A stretch of 64,000 nt of DNA from Fidelibacterota bacterium. Lineage in GTDB: Bacteria; Fidelibacterota; Marinisomatia; Marinisomatales; JACNKV01. Below the pieces are notes generated by a model. The model saw nothing but the letters and a program-made list of their open reading frames with translations. It was not told the origin of the DNA and searched no databases. The stretch's first letter is position 1. Every line of letters begins with the position of its first letter. The stretch lies in NCBI GenBank assembly GCA_014381855.1, contig JACNKV010000084.1, forward strand, positions 22,341 to 86,340, given 5' to 3'. The translations under genes and the position numbers were made by a program. This document shows positions 51,101 through 61,083 of this stretch, piece by piece.

Positions 51101-52414
51101 TAATAAGACCGGATGGTCATTCACCACTCGCTCAAGAACTGTATAGACAATTGGATCTCGTTCTTCAACCATGAGTTTGGCACCGCGAGGAGTGTGAGCA
51201 TACCCACGTTCAATTAAGGTATTTATCATATGAGGTTTAAACAACTCTAATGCCATGTTTTTCGGCAATCCGCACTCATGTAGCTTCAAATCCGGCCCTA
51301 CAACGATTACAGAACGCCCTGAATAATCAACTCGTTTGCCCAATAAATTTTGACGAAATCGTCCTTGTTTTCCACGAAGCATATCTGATAAAGATTTTAA
51401 TGGACGGCGTGTTCCGCTTCGTATAGCGGTTTTCCGCCTTGCATTATCAAATACCGCATCCACAGATTCCTGCAGCATTCTTTTTTCATTCCGCAAGATG
51501 ACATCCGGTGCTTTAATGTCCATTAGATTTTTCAGACGATTATTCCGTATGATAATTCGCCGGTATAAATCATTTAAATCACTAGCAGCAAATCGTCCTC
51601 CCTCTAAGGGGACCAAAGGACGAAGTTCAGGAGGGATGACCGGTAAAATAGCGACCACCATCCATTCCGGTTTATTTATCTTCTTTTTCGTGCCGTCATT
51701 TATAAATTCCTTCAACACCTTTAAACGTTTCAGAGCATCCGTTTTTTTCTGTTTTGATCGAGTGGTATGAATTATATCTTCCAGTTTACGATATTCAGCA
51801 TGGAGGTTTAAACGAGACAATGCATCCCGCATTGCTTCGCCACCCATTGTTGCATAAAAATAATCCTCATCATCCCTTTCTTCATCCGAAACCGCAAAGT
51901 AACCAAAATTTTGCTCTAACTCGTTATATTCTTCTTCGTCTATCAGCTCTAACGATTCTCTGCCACTTTTTCCAGGCTCAATAATCATAAAAGTTTCGTA
52001 GTAGATAACGCGTTCTAAATCTCGTGTACTTAACCCCAATAAATAACTTAGTTTACTTGGAATGGATTTTAAATACCAGATATGAACAATCGGAACGGCT
52101 AAGGTAATATGCCCTATCCTCTCCCTACGAACTTTTTTCCGTGTGACTTCCACACCACATCGATCGCAAATAATGCCTCTATATCGAATGCCTTTGTATT
52201 TTCCGCAATGGCATTCATAATCTTTCACCGGACCAAATATCTTCTCACAGAATAGTCCGTCTTTTTCGGGTTTATAGGAACGATAATTTATCGTTTCCGG
52301 TTTTAGTATTTCTCCATAAGAACGGCTAAGAATCATCTCCGGAGAGCTTAAACCGATGGTTATGGATTTATAATTCCTATTGGTATCTATTTTTGTCTGC
52401 TGAATGAATGTCAA
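48170..52414 (-). CDS. rpoC: DNA-directed RNA polymerase subunit beta'
   Basis: [64 protein letters not shown]. Confidence 0.98.
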   Translation of the reverse strand: [1414 protein letters not shown]

Positions 52415-52426
52415 GACAATTCTCCC

Positions 52427-55400
52427 TTAGTCTAATTCGATATCTAATCCAAGTCCCTGAAGTTCTTTTATAAGCACATTAAAGGATTCCGGTGCTCCGG
52501 TCATCATAATGTCCTCACCTCTTACGATGGCGTTGTACAATTTCGACCGCCCATCTACATCGTCTGATTTTACAGTCAGAATTTCTCTTAAAGTATGCGC
52601 TGCACCATACGCTTCTAATGCCCATACTTCCATCTCACCAAATCGCTGACCGCCAAATTGCGCTTTTCCGCCAAGCGGCTGTTGGGTTATTAATGAATAG
52701 GGTCCTGTTGCTCGTGCATGCATTTTATCATCTACCATGTGACCGAGCTTCATCATGTAGATATTTCCTACCGTGACGGGATGGTCAAAATATTCACCGG
52801 TTCGTCCATCAATGAGTTTTGTTTTACCTGATACAGGCAACCCGGCTTTTTTCAGTTCTTGGTCAACTTCTTCGGGGGTAGCGCCGTTAAACACAGGCGT
52901 TTCATATTTTAAGCCCATCGTTTCGCCTGCCCATCCCAGCATGGTTTCGTACAGCTGTCCAAGATTCATACGAGACGGTACACCCAGAGGATTTAAAACA
53001 ATGTCTACCGCTGTTCCATCTTCAAGAAATGGCATATCCTCTTCAGGGACGATTGTGGCAACCACGCCTTTATTTCCATGACGACCTGCCATTTTATCCC
53101 CAACTTGCACTTTTCTTTTTGTAGCAACAAAAACTTTAGCCAATTTAAGAATTCCGGGTTGCAATTCATCACCTACGCGGAGTTTAAACATTTCTCTTTC
53201 GAGATAATCTTCAATAGATTTCCACTCGCGTTTGAAATTCCGCCATACTGTTTTTACCTTTTTCCAAACCGACTTATTCTCAATCCATGACAAACTAAGA
53301 TCAAACCTCTCCATATCAAACGTTTTTAAACGTTTGATGGTCAGTTTTGTCCCTTTTTTTATGAGTGTTCGCCCAGAAGATTTATTTCGTATTCCAAATG
53401 ATACTTCACCCTGCAGTAATTCGATGAGTTTATTATCGCGGGCTGTTTTCAGTGTTTTTTTATCTTCGCGTGTTTTTTTCTGCAGAGCAATAATGATTGC
53501 TTTTTCTTCCGTGCGAGATCGCTTAACACGTTTTTCAAATAGCTTCGTATTAATAATGACACCATGGATACCCGGGTCTGCTTTTTTTGAAGCATCTTTA
53601 ACTTCCCCGGCCTTTTCACCAAAAATAGCGCGTAAAAGTTTCTCTTCCGGCGTGGGATCGGTTTCTCCCTTTGGTGTGACCTTACCAATCAAGATGTCGC
53701 CTTCGTTCACTCGAGCACCAATCCGAATAACACCATCTTTATTTAAATCTTTGGTCGCTTCTTCGCTAACATTTGGAATCTCCGGGGTAAGCTCTTCTTC
53801 TCCTCTTTTAGTATCGCGGACTTCAAGATCTACCTCGTGTATGTGAACCGAAGAGAATACATCTTCCCGTACTAATCGTTCATTCAGAACGATAGCATCC
53901 TCAAAGTTAAATCCACGCCAAGGCATGAAGGCAACTTTTAGATTCCTCCCAAGCGCTAACTCTCCATTATGTGTTGAAGCACCATCTGCAAGCACATCGC
54001 CCTTTTTCACCGTCATCCCTGCTCGAACTAATGGTTTTTGATTAAAACTCATATTTTGATTCGTGCGATGATATTTCTCCAAATCAATCTTGACAAGATT
54101 ATCCCCTTCGATCAAACTGAGGTTGTCAGGAATATCACGGCTTTTTACCACAATTTGTACCGCATCAGCATATACGACTGTTCCGGTGGTCGGTGAAACC
54201 ACACACGATCGTGAATCTTTTGCAACCACGGCTTCTAATCCTGTCCCGACAATTGGCTCTTCCGGGTTCATCAATGGAACAGCCTGACGCTGCATATTGG
54301 ATCCCATTAATGCCCGGTTTGCATCGTCGTGCTCTACAAATGGAATCAATGCAGCGGCAACACTCAATAACTGATTCGGAGAGACTTCCATGAACTGAAC
54401 ATCTTCCGGTTCCAACATTGGAAAGTCACCCTTAATTCTCACGCGAATCCGTTCATCTACCAATCGATCTTTTTCATCCAGCGTCGCATCCGATTGTGCA
54501 ATACTTACACGGTCTTCATCATCCGCTGATAGGAACTTTATACTTGCGGTGGCGTGAGACTTTTCATTTATTTTCCTTACTTTTCTGTAGGGAGCTTCGA
54601 TAAATCCATGGTGATTAATTTGCGCCATTAATGCCAAGGATGAAATCAGTCCGATATTCGGACCTTCAGGAGTCTCAATTGGACATAAGCGCCCATAATG
54701 TGTATAGTGAACGTCGCGCACCTCAAATCCGGCACGTTCTCTTGTTAATCCACCGGGGCCTAACGCCGAGATACGACGTTTATGCGTAACTTCAGCTAAT
54801 GGGTTTGTCTGATCTCCAAATTGAGATAATTGACTCGTCCCGAAAAATGTATTGATGACGGTGGTCACTACACGGGCATTAATTAAATCCTGAGGAGTAA
54901 TGGATTCCGCTTCACGAAGGTTCATCCGTTCGTGGATGGTTCGTATCATTCGGCTTAATGCAACTGAGAACTGATCTTTTAACTGTTCACCGACTGTCCG
55001 CACACGACGATTACCTAAATGATCAATATCATCTGTTCCCTTTTCACCTTTTCGCATTTCAATTAAGAAATGTATAACCTGGATGATATCATCCATGGTA
55101 AGCACAGTATCCTCGATAGGGACATCCAAATCAAACTGCTGATTTAGGCGATATCTACCTACTCTGCCCAAATCATATTTTTTCGGACTAAAAAACATCC
55201 GTTCAATAAATTTTTGAGCGGTTTCCAAGTTTGGCGGTTCTCCCGAGCGAATTAATTGATACACCGCACTGAGAGCTTCTTCGGTGTTCTTTGTCGGGTC
55301 TTTTTCAATTGTGTTCAACAAAAGCATCGAGTGGAAGTCTTTATTTCCGTCTACAACATCCAGAGAAGTAATCCCGGCTTTGACGAGCTCATCGATAATT

Positions 55401-56203
55401 TCCTGAGTAACGCTTGTCCCGCCTTCAAAAAATATTTCACCGGTGTTTACATCAATGACATCAGCCACAATGGTTGCCCCAATTGCATTTGAAGCATATT
55501 TACCTTTTAACTTTATTTCTTTAACTGTGTTGAATACTTTAAAAATATCTTCATTTGTCGAGAATCCAAGCGCACGAAGGAACATCGTTACAGGAAACTT
55601 TCTACGTCGATCAATGATGACAAACATACAGTCATTGATATCGGTTGTAAAATCAACCCACGACCCGCGAATCGGAATCAGCCTCGCTTGAAAAAGTTTC
55701 GTTCCATTTGGGTGAATGGAATCGTCAAAAAACACACCGGGGGAACGTTGCAGCTGAGAAACAACCACGCGTTCGGCTCCATTGATGATGAACGTCCCCT
55801 TTTTAGTCATGTAGGGGATATTACCAAAATACACATCCTGCTCAATGGATTGATCATACTCGTTACGGTTTTCTTCGTTGGTAATATTAAGAACCAACTT
55901 CACCTTGAGCGGAGCAGAATGCGTTACGCCGCGATCAATACATTCCTGCGGTGAATATTTTGGTGTGGCGAGATAATAACTCTTGTATTCCAAGACATAA
56001 TTCCGATGGGAATCTTCGATTGGAAATACATTTCGAAACACCTCTTCCAGCCCGATGGTCTGACGTTCTCCATCCAGCATATTTTCTTGCAAAAATATCT
56101 GATAGGATTCAGTCTGAATAGATAGCAAATCCGGCAGTTCGAGGATAGAGGGAATCTTCTGAAAAGATACTCTTTCAGCCGATGTGTATGTTGTGGCTCC
56201 CAA
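52427..56203 (-). CDS. rpoB: DNA-directed RNA polymerase subunit beta
   Basis: HKRRISALGPGGLTRERAGFEVRDVHYTHYGRLCPIETPEGPNIGLI; GRHGNKGVV; GGKAQFGGQRFGEMEVWALEAYGA. Confidence 0.98.
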   Translation of the reverse strand: MGATTYTSAERVSFQKIPSILELPDLLSIQTESYQIFLQENMLDGERQTIGLEEVFRNVFPIEDSHRNYVLEYKSYYLATPKYSPQECIDRGVTHSAPLKVKLVLNITNEENRNEYDQSIEQDVYFGNIPYMTKKGTFIINGAERVVVSQLQRSPGVFFDDSIHPNGTKLFQARLIPIRGSWVDFTTDINDCMFVIIDRRRKFPVTMFLRALGFSTNEDIFKVFNTVKEIKLKGKYASNAIGATIVADVIDVNTGEIFFEGGTSVTQEIIDELVKAGITSLDVVDGNKDFHSMLLLNTIEKDPTKNTEEALSAVYQLIRSGEPPNLETAQKFIERMFFSPKKYDLGRVGRYRLNQQFDLDVPIEDTVLTMDDIIQVIHFLIEMRKGEKGTDDIDHLGNRRVRTVGEQLKDQFSVALSRMIRTIHERMNLREAESITPQDLINARVVTTVINTFFGTSQLSQFGDQTNPLAEVTHKRRISALGPGGLTRERAGFEVRDVHYTHYGRLCPIETPEGPNIGLISSLALMAQINHHGFIEAPYRKVRKINEKSHATASIKFLSADDEDRVSIAQSDATLDEKDRLVDERIRVRIKGDFPMLEPEDVQFMEVSPNQLLSVAAALIPFVEHDDANRALMGSNMQRQAVPLMNPEEPIVGTGLEAVVAKDSRSCVVSPTTGTVVYADAVQIVVKSRDIPDNLSLIEGDNLVKIDLEKYHRTNQNMSFNQKPLVRAGMTVKKGDVLADGASTHNGELALGRNLKVAFMPWRGFNFEDAIVLNERLVREDVFSSVHIHEVDLEVRDTKRGEEELTPEIPNVSEEATKDLNKDGVIRIGARVNEGDILIGKVTPKGETDPTPEEKLLRAIFGEKAGEVKDASKKADPGIHGVIINTKLFEKRVKRSRTEEKAIIIALQKKTREDKKTLKTARDNKLIELLQGEVSFGIRNKSSGRTLIKKGTKLTIKRLKTFDMERFDLSLSWIENKSVWKKVKTVWRNFKREWKSIEDYLEREMFKLRVGDELQPGILKLAKVFVATKRKVQVGDKMAGRHGNKGVVATIVPEEDMPFLEDGTAVDIVLNPLGVPSRMNLGQLYETMLGWAGETMGLKYETPVFNGATPEEVDQELKKAGLPVSGKTKLIDGRTGEYFDHPVTVGNIYMMKLGHMVDDKMHARATGPYSLITQQPLGGKAQFGGQRFGEMEVWALEAYGAAHTLREILTVKSDDVDGRSKLYNAIVRGEDIMMTGAPESFNVLIKELQGLGLDIELD

Positions 56204-56237
56204 GAAAGCCTCCTTTTTTAGGTGTGAAAATGGAGAT

Positions 56238-56279
56238 GAAGTGAAACAGAAACAGCGAGGATACTCGTTATTTCACTTC
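56238..56279 (-). promoter_or_regulatory. Stem-loop at rplL/rpoB junction
   Basis: Perfect inverted repeat GAAGTGAAA/TTTCACTTC with a nested CGAG..CTCG; begins in last codons of rplL. Confidence 0.6.
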
Positions 56280-56639
56280 GATCGTTGCGCCAGCTTCTTC
56301 CAACTGAGCTTTGAGCTCATCGGCTTCAGCTTGTGAGACACCCTCTTTGATCGCTTTTGGTGCTGATTCCACTAACTCTTTTGCTTCTTTCAACCCTAAA
56401 CTCGTTATCGCACGAACGGCTTTAATCACGTTAATTTTAGTTTGCCCAAAACTAGTTAATACAACATCAAACTCCGTTTGTTCTTCCGCTGTCTCCTCTG
56501 CCGCAGCAACAGCAGCCACTGCTACCGGTGCAGCCGCACTGACACCAAACTTATTTTCGATTTCTGTAATGAGTTCAGAAACCTCTACCATGTTTGCTTC
56601 TTCGAGATAGGTTAATACATCTGCTCTACTTATAGCCAT
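56268..56639 (-). CDS. rplL: 50S ribosomal protein L7/L12
   Basis: [67 protein letters not shown]. Confidence 0.98.
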   Translation of the reverse strand: MAISRADVLTYLEEANMVEVSELITEIENKFGVSAAAPVAVAAVAAAEETAEEQTEFDVVLTSFGQTKINVIKAVRAITSLGLKEAKELVESAPKAIKEGVSQAEADELKAQLEEAGATIEVK

Positions 56640-56670
56640 TATTGCACTCCTTTACTGTGTGAATTCAGAT

Positions 56671-57186
56671 TTATGACTTTTGATCTTTAAGACTTGTTAA
56701 TACTCCCACCATACCGGACATCGGTGAATTTAACGTATTCACTAACTTCGTCAGCGGGCTTTGTATCGTTGCTAACAATTTGGATAACAACTCCTCCCGC
56801 GATGGAAGATTAGCAATACGTATAAACGCATCACCATCCAGTACTTTTCCTTCAAATAAAATTCCTTTTACTTCAGGCTTATTATGGTCTTTTGTGAAGT
56901 TTTTCAATACTCTTGCCGGAGCCGTGGGTTCACCATAGGTAATCGCCATAGCTGTGGGACCCAGCAAAAATTTATCTAATCCTTTTATATTGTTATTTTC
57001 GGCAGCAAGTTTAATCAACGTGTTTTTCTCAACACGATACTCAACAGATTCATTAAATAATTGATGACGTAACTCAGTGATATCCACTACGTTCAGTCCA
57101 AGATAATCTGTAAAATAAATAGCGTTTGCTTTTTGAAACTTTTTGCCTATTTCTTCAACAATTTTTATATTATGAGCACTTGGCAT
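56671..57186 (-). CDS. rplJ: 50S ribosomal protein L10
   Basis: FTDYLGLNVVDITELRHQLFNESVEYRVEKNTLIKLA. Confidence 0.96.
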   Translation of the reverse strand: MPSAHNIKIVEEIGKKFQKANAIYFTDYLGLNVVDITELRHQLFNESVEYRVEKNTLIKLAAENNNIKGLDKFLLGPTAMAITYGEPTAPARVLKNFTKDHNKPEVKGILFEGKVLDGDAFIRIANLPSREELLSKLLATIQSPLTKLVNTLNSPMSGMVGVLTSLKDQKS

Positions 57187-57191
57187 ATCGT

Positions 57192-57881
57192 TTACCTTAT
57201 GGTTGAATGATCAACTTTTACTCCAGGGCCCATTGTAGACGAAAGAGTAAGTTTTTTTAAATACTGTCCTTTTACTGCAGCGGGTCTTGCCTTCATAAGC
57301 GTATCATAAATTACTTGAATGTTTTCAACAATTGCTTTGGCATCAAAAGATACTTTTCCGCAAGGTACATGAATAATGGCAGTTTTATCTACCCGTAATT
57401 CAACTTTTCCTGCTTTCAATTCTTTCACAGCCTTTGCAACATCCATTGTAACGGTTCCACTTTTTGGATTCGGCATTAATCCTTTTGGACCAAGCATTTT
57501 CCCGAGTCTACCAAGTTCCGGCATCATGTCAGGTGTCGCTACAATTTTATCCACATCTGCCCAGCCGGATTTAATCTTATCCAGATACTCATTATTTCCA
57601 ACCATATCTGCCCCAGCCTCTTTAGCTTCTTTCTCTTTTGGTCCGCGAGTTAATACTAATATTTTAACGGTTTTTCCGGTGCCATTCGGCAATCCTGTCG
57701 TCACACGAATATTTTGATCCGCATGCCTGGGGTCTACACCCAAATTAACAGAGAGTTCGATGGTTTCATCAAATTTTGCGAACGCCATTTCTTTGACTAG
57801 GCTTACTGCATTTTCAAGCGTATAATACGTTGTTCTGTCAAATTTATCTGATGCATTTTTTCGATTTTTTGTAATTTTCAT
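57192..57881 (-). CDS. rplA: 50S ribosomal protein L1
   Basis: [35 protein letters not shown]; [26 protein letters not shown]. Confidence 0.98.
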   Translation of the reverse strand: MKITKNRKNASDKFDRTTYYTLENAVSLVKEMAFAKFDETIELSVNLGVDPRHADQNIRVTTGLPNGTGKTVKILVLTRGPKEKEAKEAGADMVGNNEYLDKIKSGWADVDKIVATPDMMPELGRLGKMLGPKGLMPNPKSGTVTMDVAKAVKELKAGKVELRVDKTAIIHVPCGKVSFDAKAIVENIQVIYDTLMKARPAAVKGQYLKKLTLSSTMGPGVKVDHSTIR

Positions 57882-57887
57882 ATATTC

Positions 57888-58313
57888 TTACTCCGCAACT
57901 ACAATCCCCATACTGACAGCAGTTCCGCGAATCATATTCACTGCACTTTCTATCGTATTGGCATTTAAATCATCCATTTTTATTCGAGCAATTTCTTCCA
58001 AATCCTTCACTGTTACTTTCCCGACTTTCTCTTTATTAGGCTCACCCGATCCCTTTTCTATCTTTGCTGCTTTAATTAACAACGTGGATGCAGGAGGAGT
58101 CTTGGTGATATATTTAAAACTGCGATCAGCGAAAACAGTGATTTCAACCGGAATAATCATACCGGGTTGATCTTGAGTAGCAGCATTAAAGGATTTGCAA
58201 AACTCCATGATGTTTACACCATGCTGGCCCAATGCAGGTCCCACCGGCGGGGCGGGATTTGCCTTCCCTGCAGGTATCTGTAACTTTATAAAACCAATTT
58301 CTTTTTTCGCCAT
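57888..58313 (-). CDS. rplK: 50S ribosomal protein L11
   Basis: [38 protein letters not shown]. Confidence 0.98.
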   Translation of the reverse strand: MAKKEIGFIKLQIPAGKANPAPPVGPALGQHGVNIMEFCKSFNAATQDQPGMIIPVEITVFADRSFKYITKTPPASTLLIKAAKIEKGSGEPNKEKVGKVTVKDLEEIARIKMDDLNANTIESAVNMIRGTAVSMGIVVAE

Positions 58314-58324
58314 AATTATTCAGC

Positions 58325-58852
58325 CTATTTTTCTAATTCTACTTGTAAAAAATCGAGTTCAATCGGAGTAGGTCTTCCGAAAATACTGACCGATACTTTC
58401 AATTTTTGTTTATCTTTATTTACTTCCTGAACAAAACCGGAAAAATCTGAAAAAGGTCCATCAACTACTTTAATCGCATCGCCCACTTTAAATGGGACAT
58501 CAACTACTTCACGACCATCCGCACTTTCAACCACACCAATTATTCGATTTATTTCCTCAGGCTTTAACGCTCCGGGTTTCCCTTGTGTACCAATAAAATT
58601 TATGACACCGTTCACATTTTCAACAACATATTGCGTCTCTTTATTCATGTCCATTTTAATAAGAATATATCCGGGGAAGAATACTTTTGTTTTAACTTTC
58701 TTTTTTCCATCCCGCATTTCGACGATGTTTTCAGTAGGAACAAGCACCTCGGGGACACTCTCCTGAAAGCCGTTGATTTCAACCTCTTTCAGGATGGTCT
58801 CCTTAATCTTTTCTTCCTTACCGGAAATTACTCTAAGTGAATACCATTCCAT
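58325..58852 (-). CDS. nusG: Transcription antitermination protein NusG
   Basis: MEWYSLRVISGKEEKIKE; FFPGYILIKMDMN; VGDAIKVVDGPFSDFSGFVQEV. Confidence 0.97.
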   Translation of the reverse strand: MEWYSLRVISGKEEKIKETILKEVEINGFQESVPEVLVPTENIVEMRDGKKKVKTKVFFPGYILIKMDMNKETQYVVENVNGVINFIGTQGKPGALKPEEINRIIGVVESADGREVVDVPFKVGDAIKVVDGPFSDFSGFVQEVNKDKQKLKVSVSIFGRPTPIELDFLQVELEK

Positions 58853-58855
58853 AAT

Positions 58856-59038
58856 TTACAGCAATACACTCATTAGACGATTTAAGATAAAGTCCACGAT
58901 AAAAAGAAACACAGCCAACATTAATGACAATGTAAGCACAACATAGGTTGACCCGCGCAGTTCATCCCACGTAGGCCATGACACCTTTTTCATTTCAAAT
59001 TGAACTTCCTGAAAAAACTGTTTTATCTTATTAATCAT
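58856..59038 (-). CDS. secE: Preprotein translocase subunit SecE
   Basis: 60 aa; KIKQFFQEVQFEMKKVSWPTWDELRGSTYVV; single TM. Confidence 0.95.
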   Translation of the reverse strand: MINKIKQFFQEVQFEMKKVSWPTWDELRGSTYVVLTLSLMLAVFLFIVDFILNRLMSVLL

Positions 59039-59078
59039 GTTCTGTTTTTCTCTTTTATTCTACGTTCTCTTTCAAGTG

Positions 59079-59151
59079 CAGGAGCGGCAGGAATCGAACC
59101 CGCAACCCCCGGTTTTGGAGACCGGTGCTCTGCCAGTTGAGCTACGCTCCT
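59079..59151 (-). tRNA. tRNA-Trp (CCA)
   Basis: AGGAGCGTAGCTCAACTGGCAGAGCACCGGTCTCCAAAACCGGGGGTTGCGGGTTCGATTCCTGCCGCTCCT cloverleaf. Confidence 0.97.
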
Positions 59152-59176
59152 AATATTACCTTTTTGATAAAGGGGT

Positions 59177-59341
59177 CTATTTTGTTTCTTTGAAAACGAC
59201 GTGTTTCCGCACGACCGGATCGTATTTTTTATACTCAACACGTTCCGGGTGTAGACGTTTGCTTTTCATAATCGTATAGCGGTAACCGGTTCCGGCAGTG
59301 CTTTCGATATGTATAATGGTGCGTTTACTATTTCCAGCCAC
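59177..59341 (-). CDS. rpmG: 50S ribosomal protein L33 (cysteine-free form, GTG start)
   Basis: Not in ORF track; reverse translation (V/M)[53 protein letters not shown]. Confidence 0.93.
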   Translation of the reverse strand: MAGNSKRTIIHIESTAGTGYRYTIMKSKRLHPERVEYKKYDPVVRKHVVFKETK

Positions 59342-60557
59342 GAAACACGTCCTTACTCAATGATTTCAGTCACAACACCGGCACCCACTGTGTGGCCACC
59401 TTCACGAATCGCAAACCGAAGTTCCTTATCCATCGCTATCTGTGTGATCAATTCAATTTCTAATTCCACGCTGTCCCCCGGCATCACCATCTCTGTCCCA
59501 GCAGGAAGTGTGGCAACACCCGTCACATCTGTCGTCCGAAAATAAAACTGAGGACGATATCCGTTGAAAAACGGCGTATGACGTCCGCCTTCATCCTTCT
59601 TCAACACATACACACTTGCTTTAAACTTTGTGTGTGGTGTAATACTGCCCGGCTTTGCTAATACCATCCCGCGATTTAATTCATTCTTATCTACTCCGCG
59701 AAGAAGTAATCCTGCATTGTCGCCTGCCTGACCCTCATCCAACAGCTTACGGAACATCTCTACTCCTGTACATACTGTCTTCTTTTGAAGACCCATACCT
59801 AAAATCTCAACCTCATCTCCTACCTTGATGATCCCACGCTCAATACGACCTGTACCAACCGTACCACGACCCGTAATACTGAATACATCCTCTACCGGCA
59901 TTAAGAAAGGTCTGTCTACATCACGCTCAGGCTCAGGAATGAAACTGTCACAAGCTTCTAATATCTCTACAATACACTTCGTCGCTTCTGCATCGGACGG
60001 ATTGTTTAATGCTTCTAACGCGCTTCCCATTATAATCGGAGTATCATCTCCGGGAAATTCATATTCATTTAACAAATCACGCAACTCCATCTCTACCAAC
60101 TCTAATAGCTCCGGATCATCTACTTGATCTGTCTTGTTCATAAACACAACAATCGAAGGAACATTCACCTGACGAGCTAATAATACATGCTCACGTGTCT
60201 GGGGCATGGGACCATCTGCTGCACTCACAACCAAAATCGCTCCGTCCATCTGGGCGGCGCCTGTGATCATGTTCTTAATATAGTCTGCGTGTCCCGGACA
60301 ATCTACATGGGCATAATGACGGTTCTCCGTCTCATACTCTACGTGAGCTGTCTGAATCGTAATCCCACGCTCACGCTCCTCCGGAGCATTGTCAATATCA
60401 TCAAATCCCATTACCTCTGATAATCCACGAGCTGATTGTACTAACGTGATCGCGGCAGTTAACGTCGTCTTTCCATGATCAACGTGACCAATCGTTCCGA
60501 TGTTTACATGCGGCTTTGTTCTCTCAAATTTTTGCTTTGCCATGAGAACCTCCTATT
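59337..60557. repeat. tuf direct repeat copy 2 (partner 43910..45130)
   Basis: See copy 1. Confidence 0.93.
59353..60543 (-). CDS. tuf: Elongation factor Tu, copy 2
   Basis: 396 aa translation identical to 43926..45116; SD-like AGGAGGT upstream in both. Confidence 0.98.
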   Translation of the reverse strand: MAKQKFERTKPHVNIGTIGHVDHGKTTLTAAITLVQSARGLSEVMGFDDIDNAPEERERGITIQTAHVEYETENRHYAHVDCPGHADYIKNMITGAAQMDGAILVVSAADGPMPQTREHVLLARQVNVPSIVVFMNKTDQVDDPELLELVEMELRDLLNEYEFPGDDTPIIMGSALEALNNPSDAEATKCIVEILEACDSFIPEPERDVDRPFLMPVEDVFSITGRGTVGTGRIERGIIKVGDEVEILGMGLQKKTVCTGVEMFRKLLDEGQAGDNAGLLLRGVDKNELNRGMVLAKPGSITPHTKFKASVYVLKKDEGGRHTPFFNGYRPQFYFRTTDVTGVATLPAGTEMVMPGDSVELEIELITQIAMDKELRFAIREGGHTVGAGVVTEIIE

Positions 60558-60591
60558 ATTAGTTATTACTTATTTTATTGTTCAAATCCGG

Positions 60592-60664
<73 letters not shown>

Positions 60665-60672
60665 AATGATTG

Positions 60673-60743
60673 AGCGGGTGATGAGGATCGAACTCACATA
60701 ACCAGCTTGGAAGGCTGGTGTTCTACCATTGAACTACACCCAC
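60673..60743 (-). tRNA. tRNA-Gly (TCC)
   Basis: GTGGGTGTAGTTCAATGGTAGAACACCAGCCTTCCAAGCTGGTTATGTGAGTTCGATCCTCATCACCCGC. Confidence 0.95.
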
Positions 60744-60747
60744 GCTG

Positions 60748-60830
60748 TGGGGAGAGAAGGATTCGAACCTCCGTAGGCGTACGCCGGCAGATTTACAGTC
60801 TGCTGCCATTGACCGCTCGGCCATCTCCCC
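60748..60830 (-). tRNA. tRNA-Tyr (GTA)
   Basis: GGGGAGATGGCCGAGCGGTCAATGGCAGCAGACTGTAAATCTGCCGGC.. with long variable arm. Confidence 0.96.
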
Positions 60831-60915
60831 TAAAATTGCTCACACTCACTTTGTAAAAAATCGATTCACTGTCCGAAGATTTCCACCTCGAATACCCGTT
60901 ATTCCGACATGCTAG

Positions 60916-60988
60916 AGCCGGCGAAGGGACTCGAACCCCCGACCTGCTGATTACAAATCAGCTGCTCTACCAACTGAGCTACACCGGC
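60916..60988 (-). tRNA. tRNA-Thr (TGT)
   Basis: GCCGGTGTAGCTCAGTTGGTAGAGCAGCTGATTTGTAATCAGCAGGTCGGGGGTTCGAGTCCCTTCGCCGGC. Confidence 0.96.
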
Positions 60989-61083
60989 ATGTCGGAACGT
61001 TGCCTTTTGAACTTAGGTGGCATGTTTTTTGCCACTCAAAGCGGCATCTCCTTTTTCAATTCCGTGAATAATGCACGGTAAAG

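Noticed and set aside
53232-53846. 204-aa plus-strand ORF inside rpoB
   Set aside because: Antisense shadow of a highly conserved gene, no recognisable domain.
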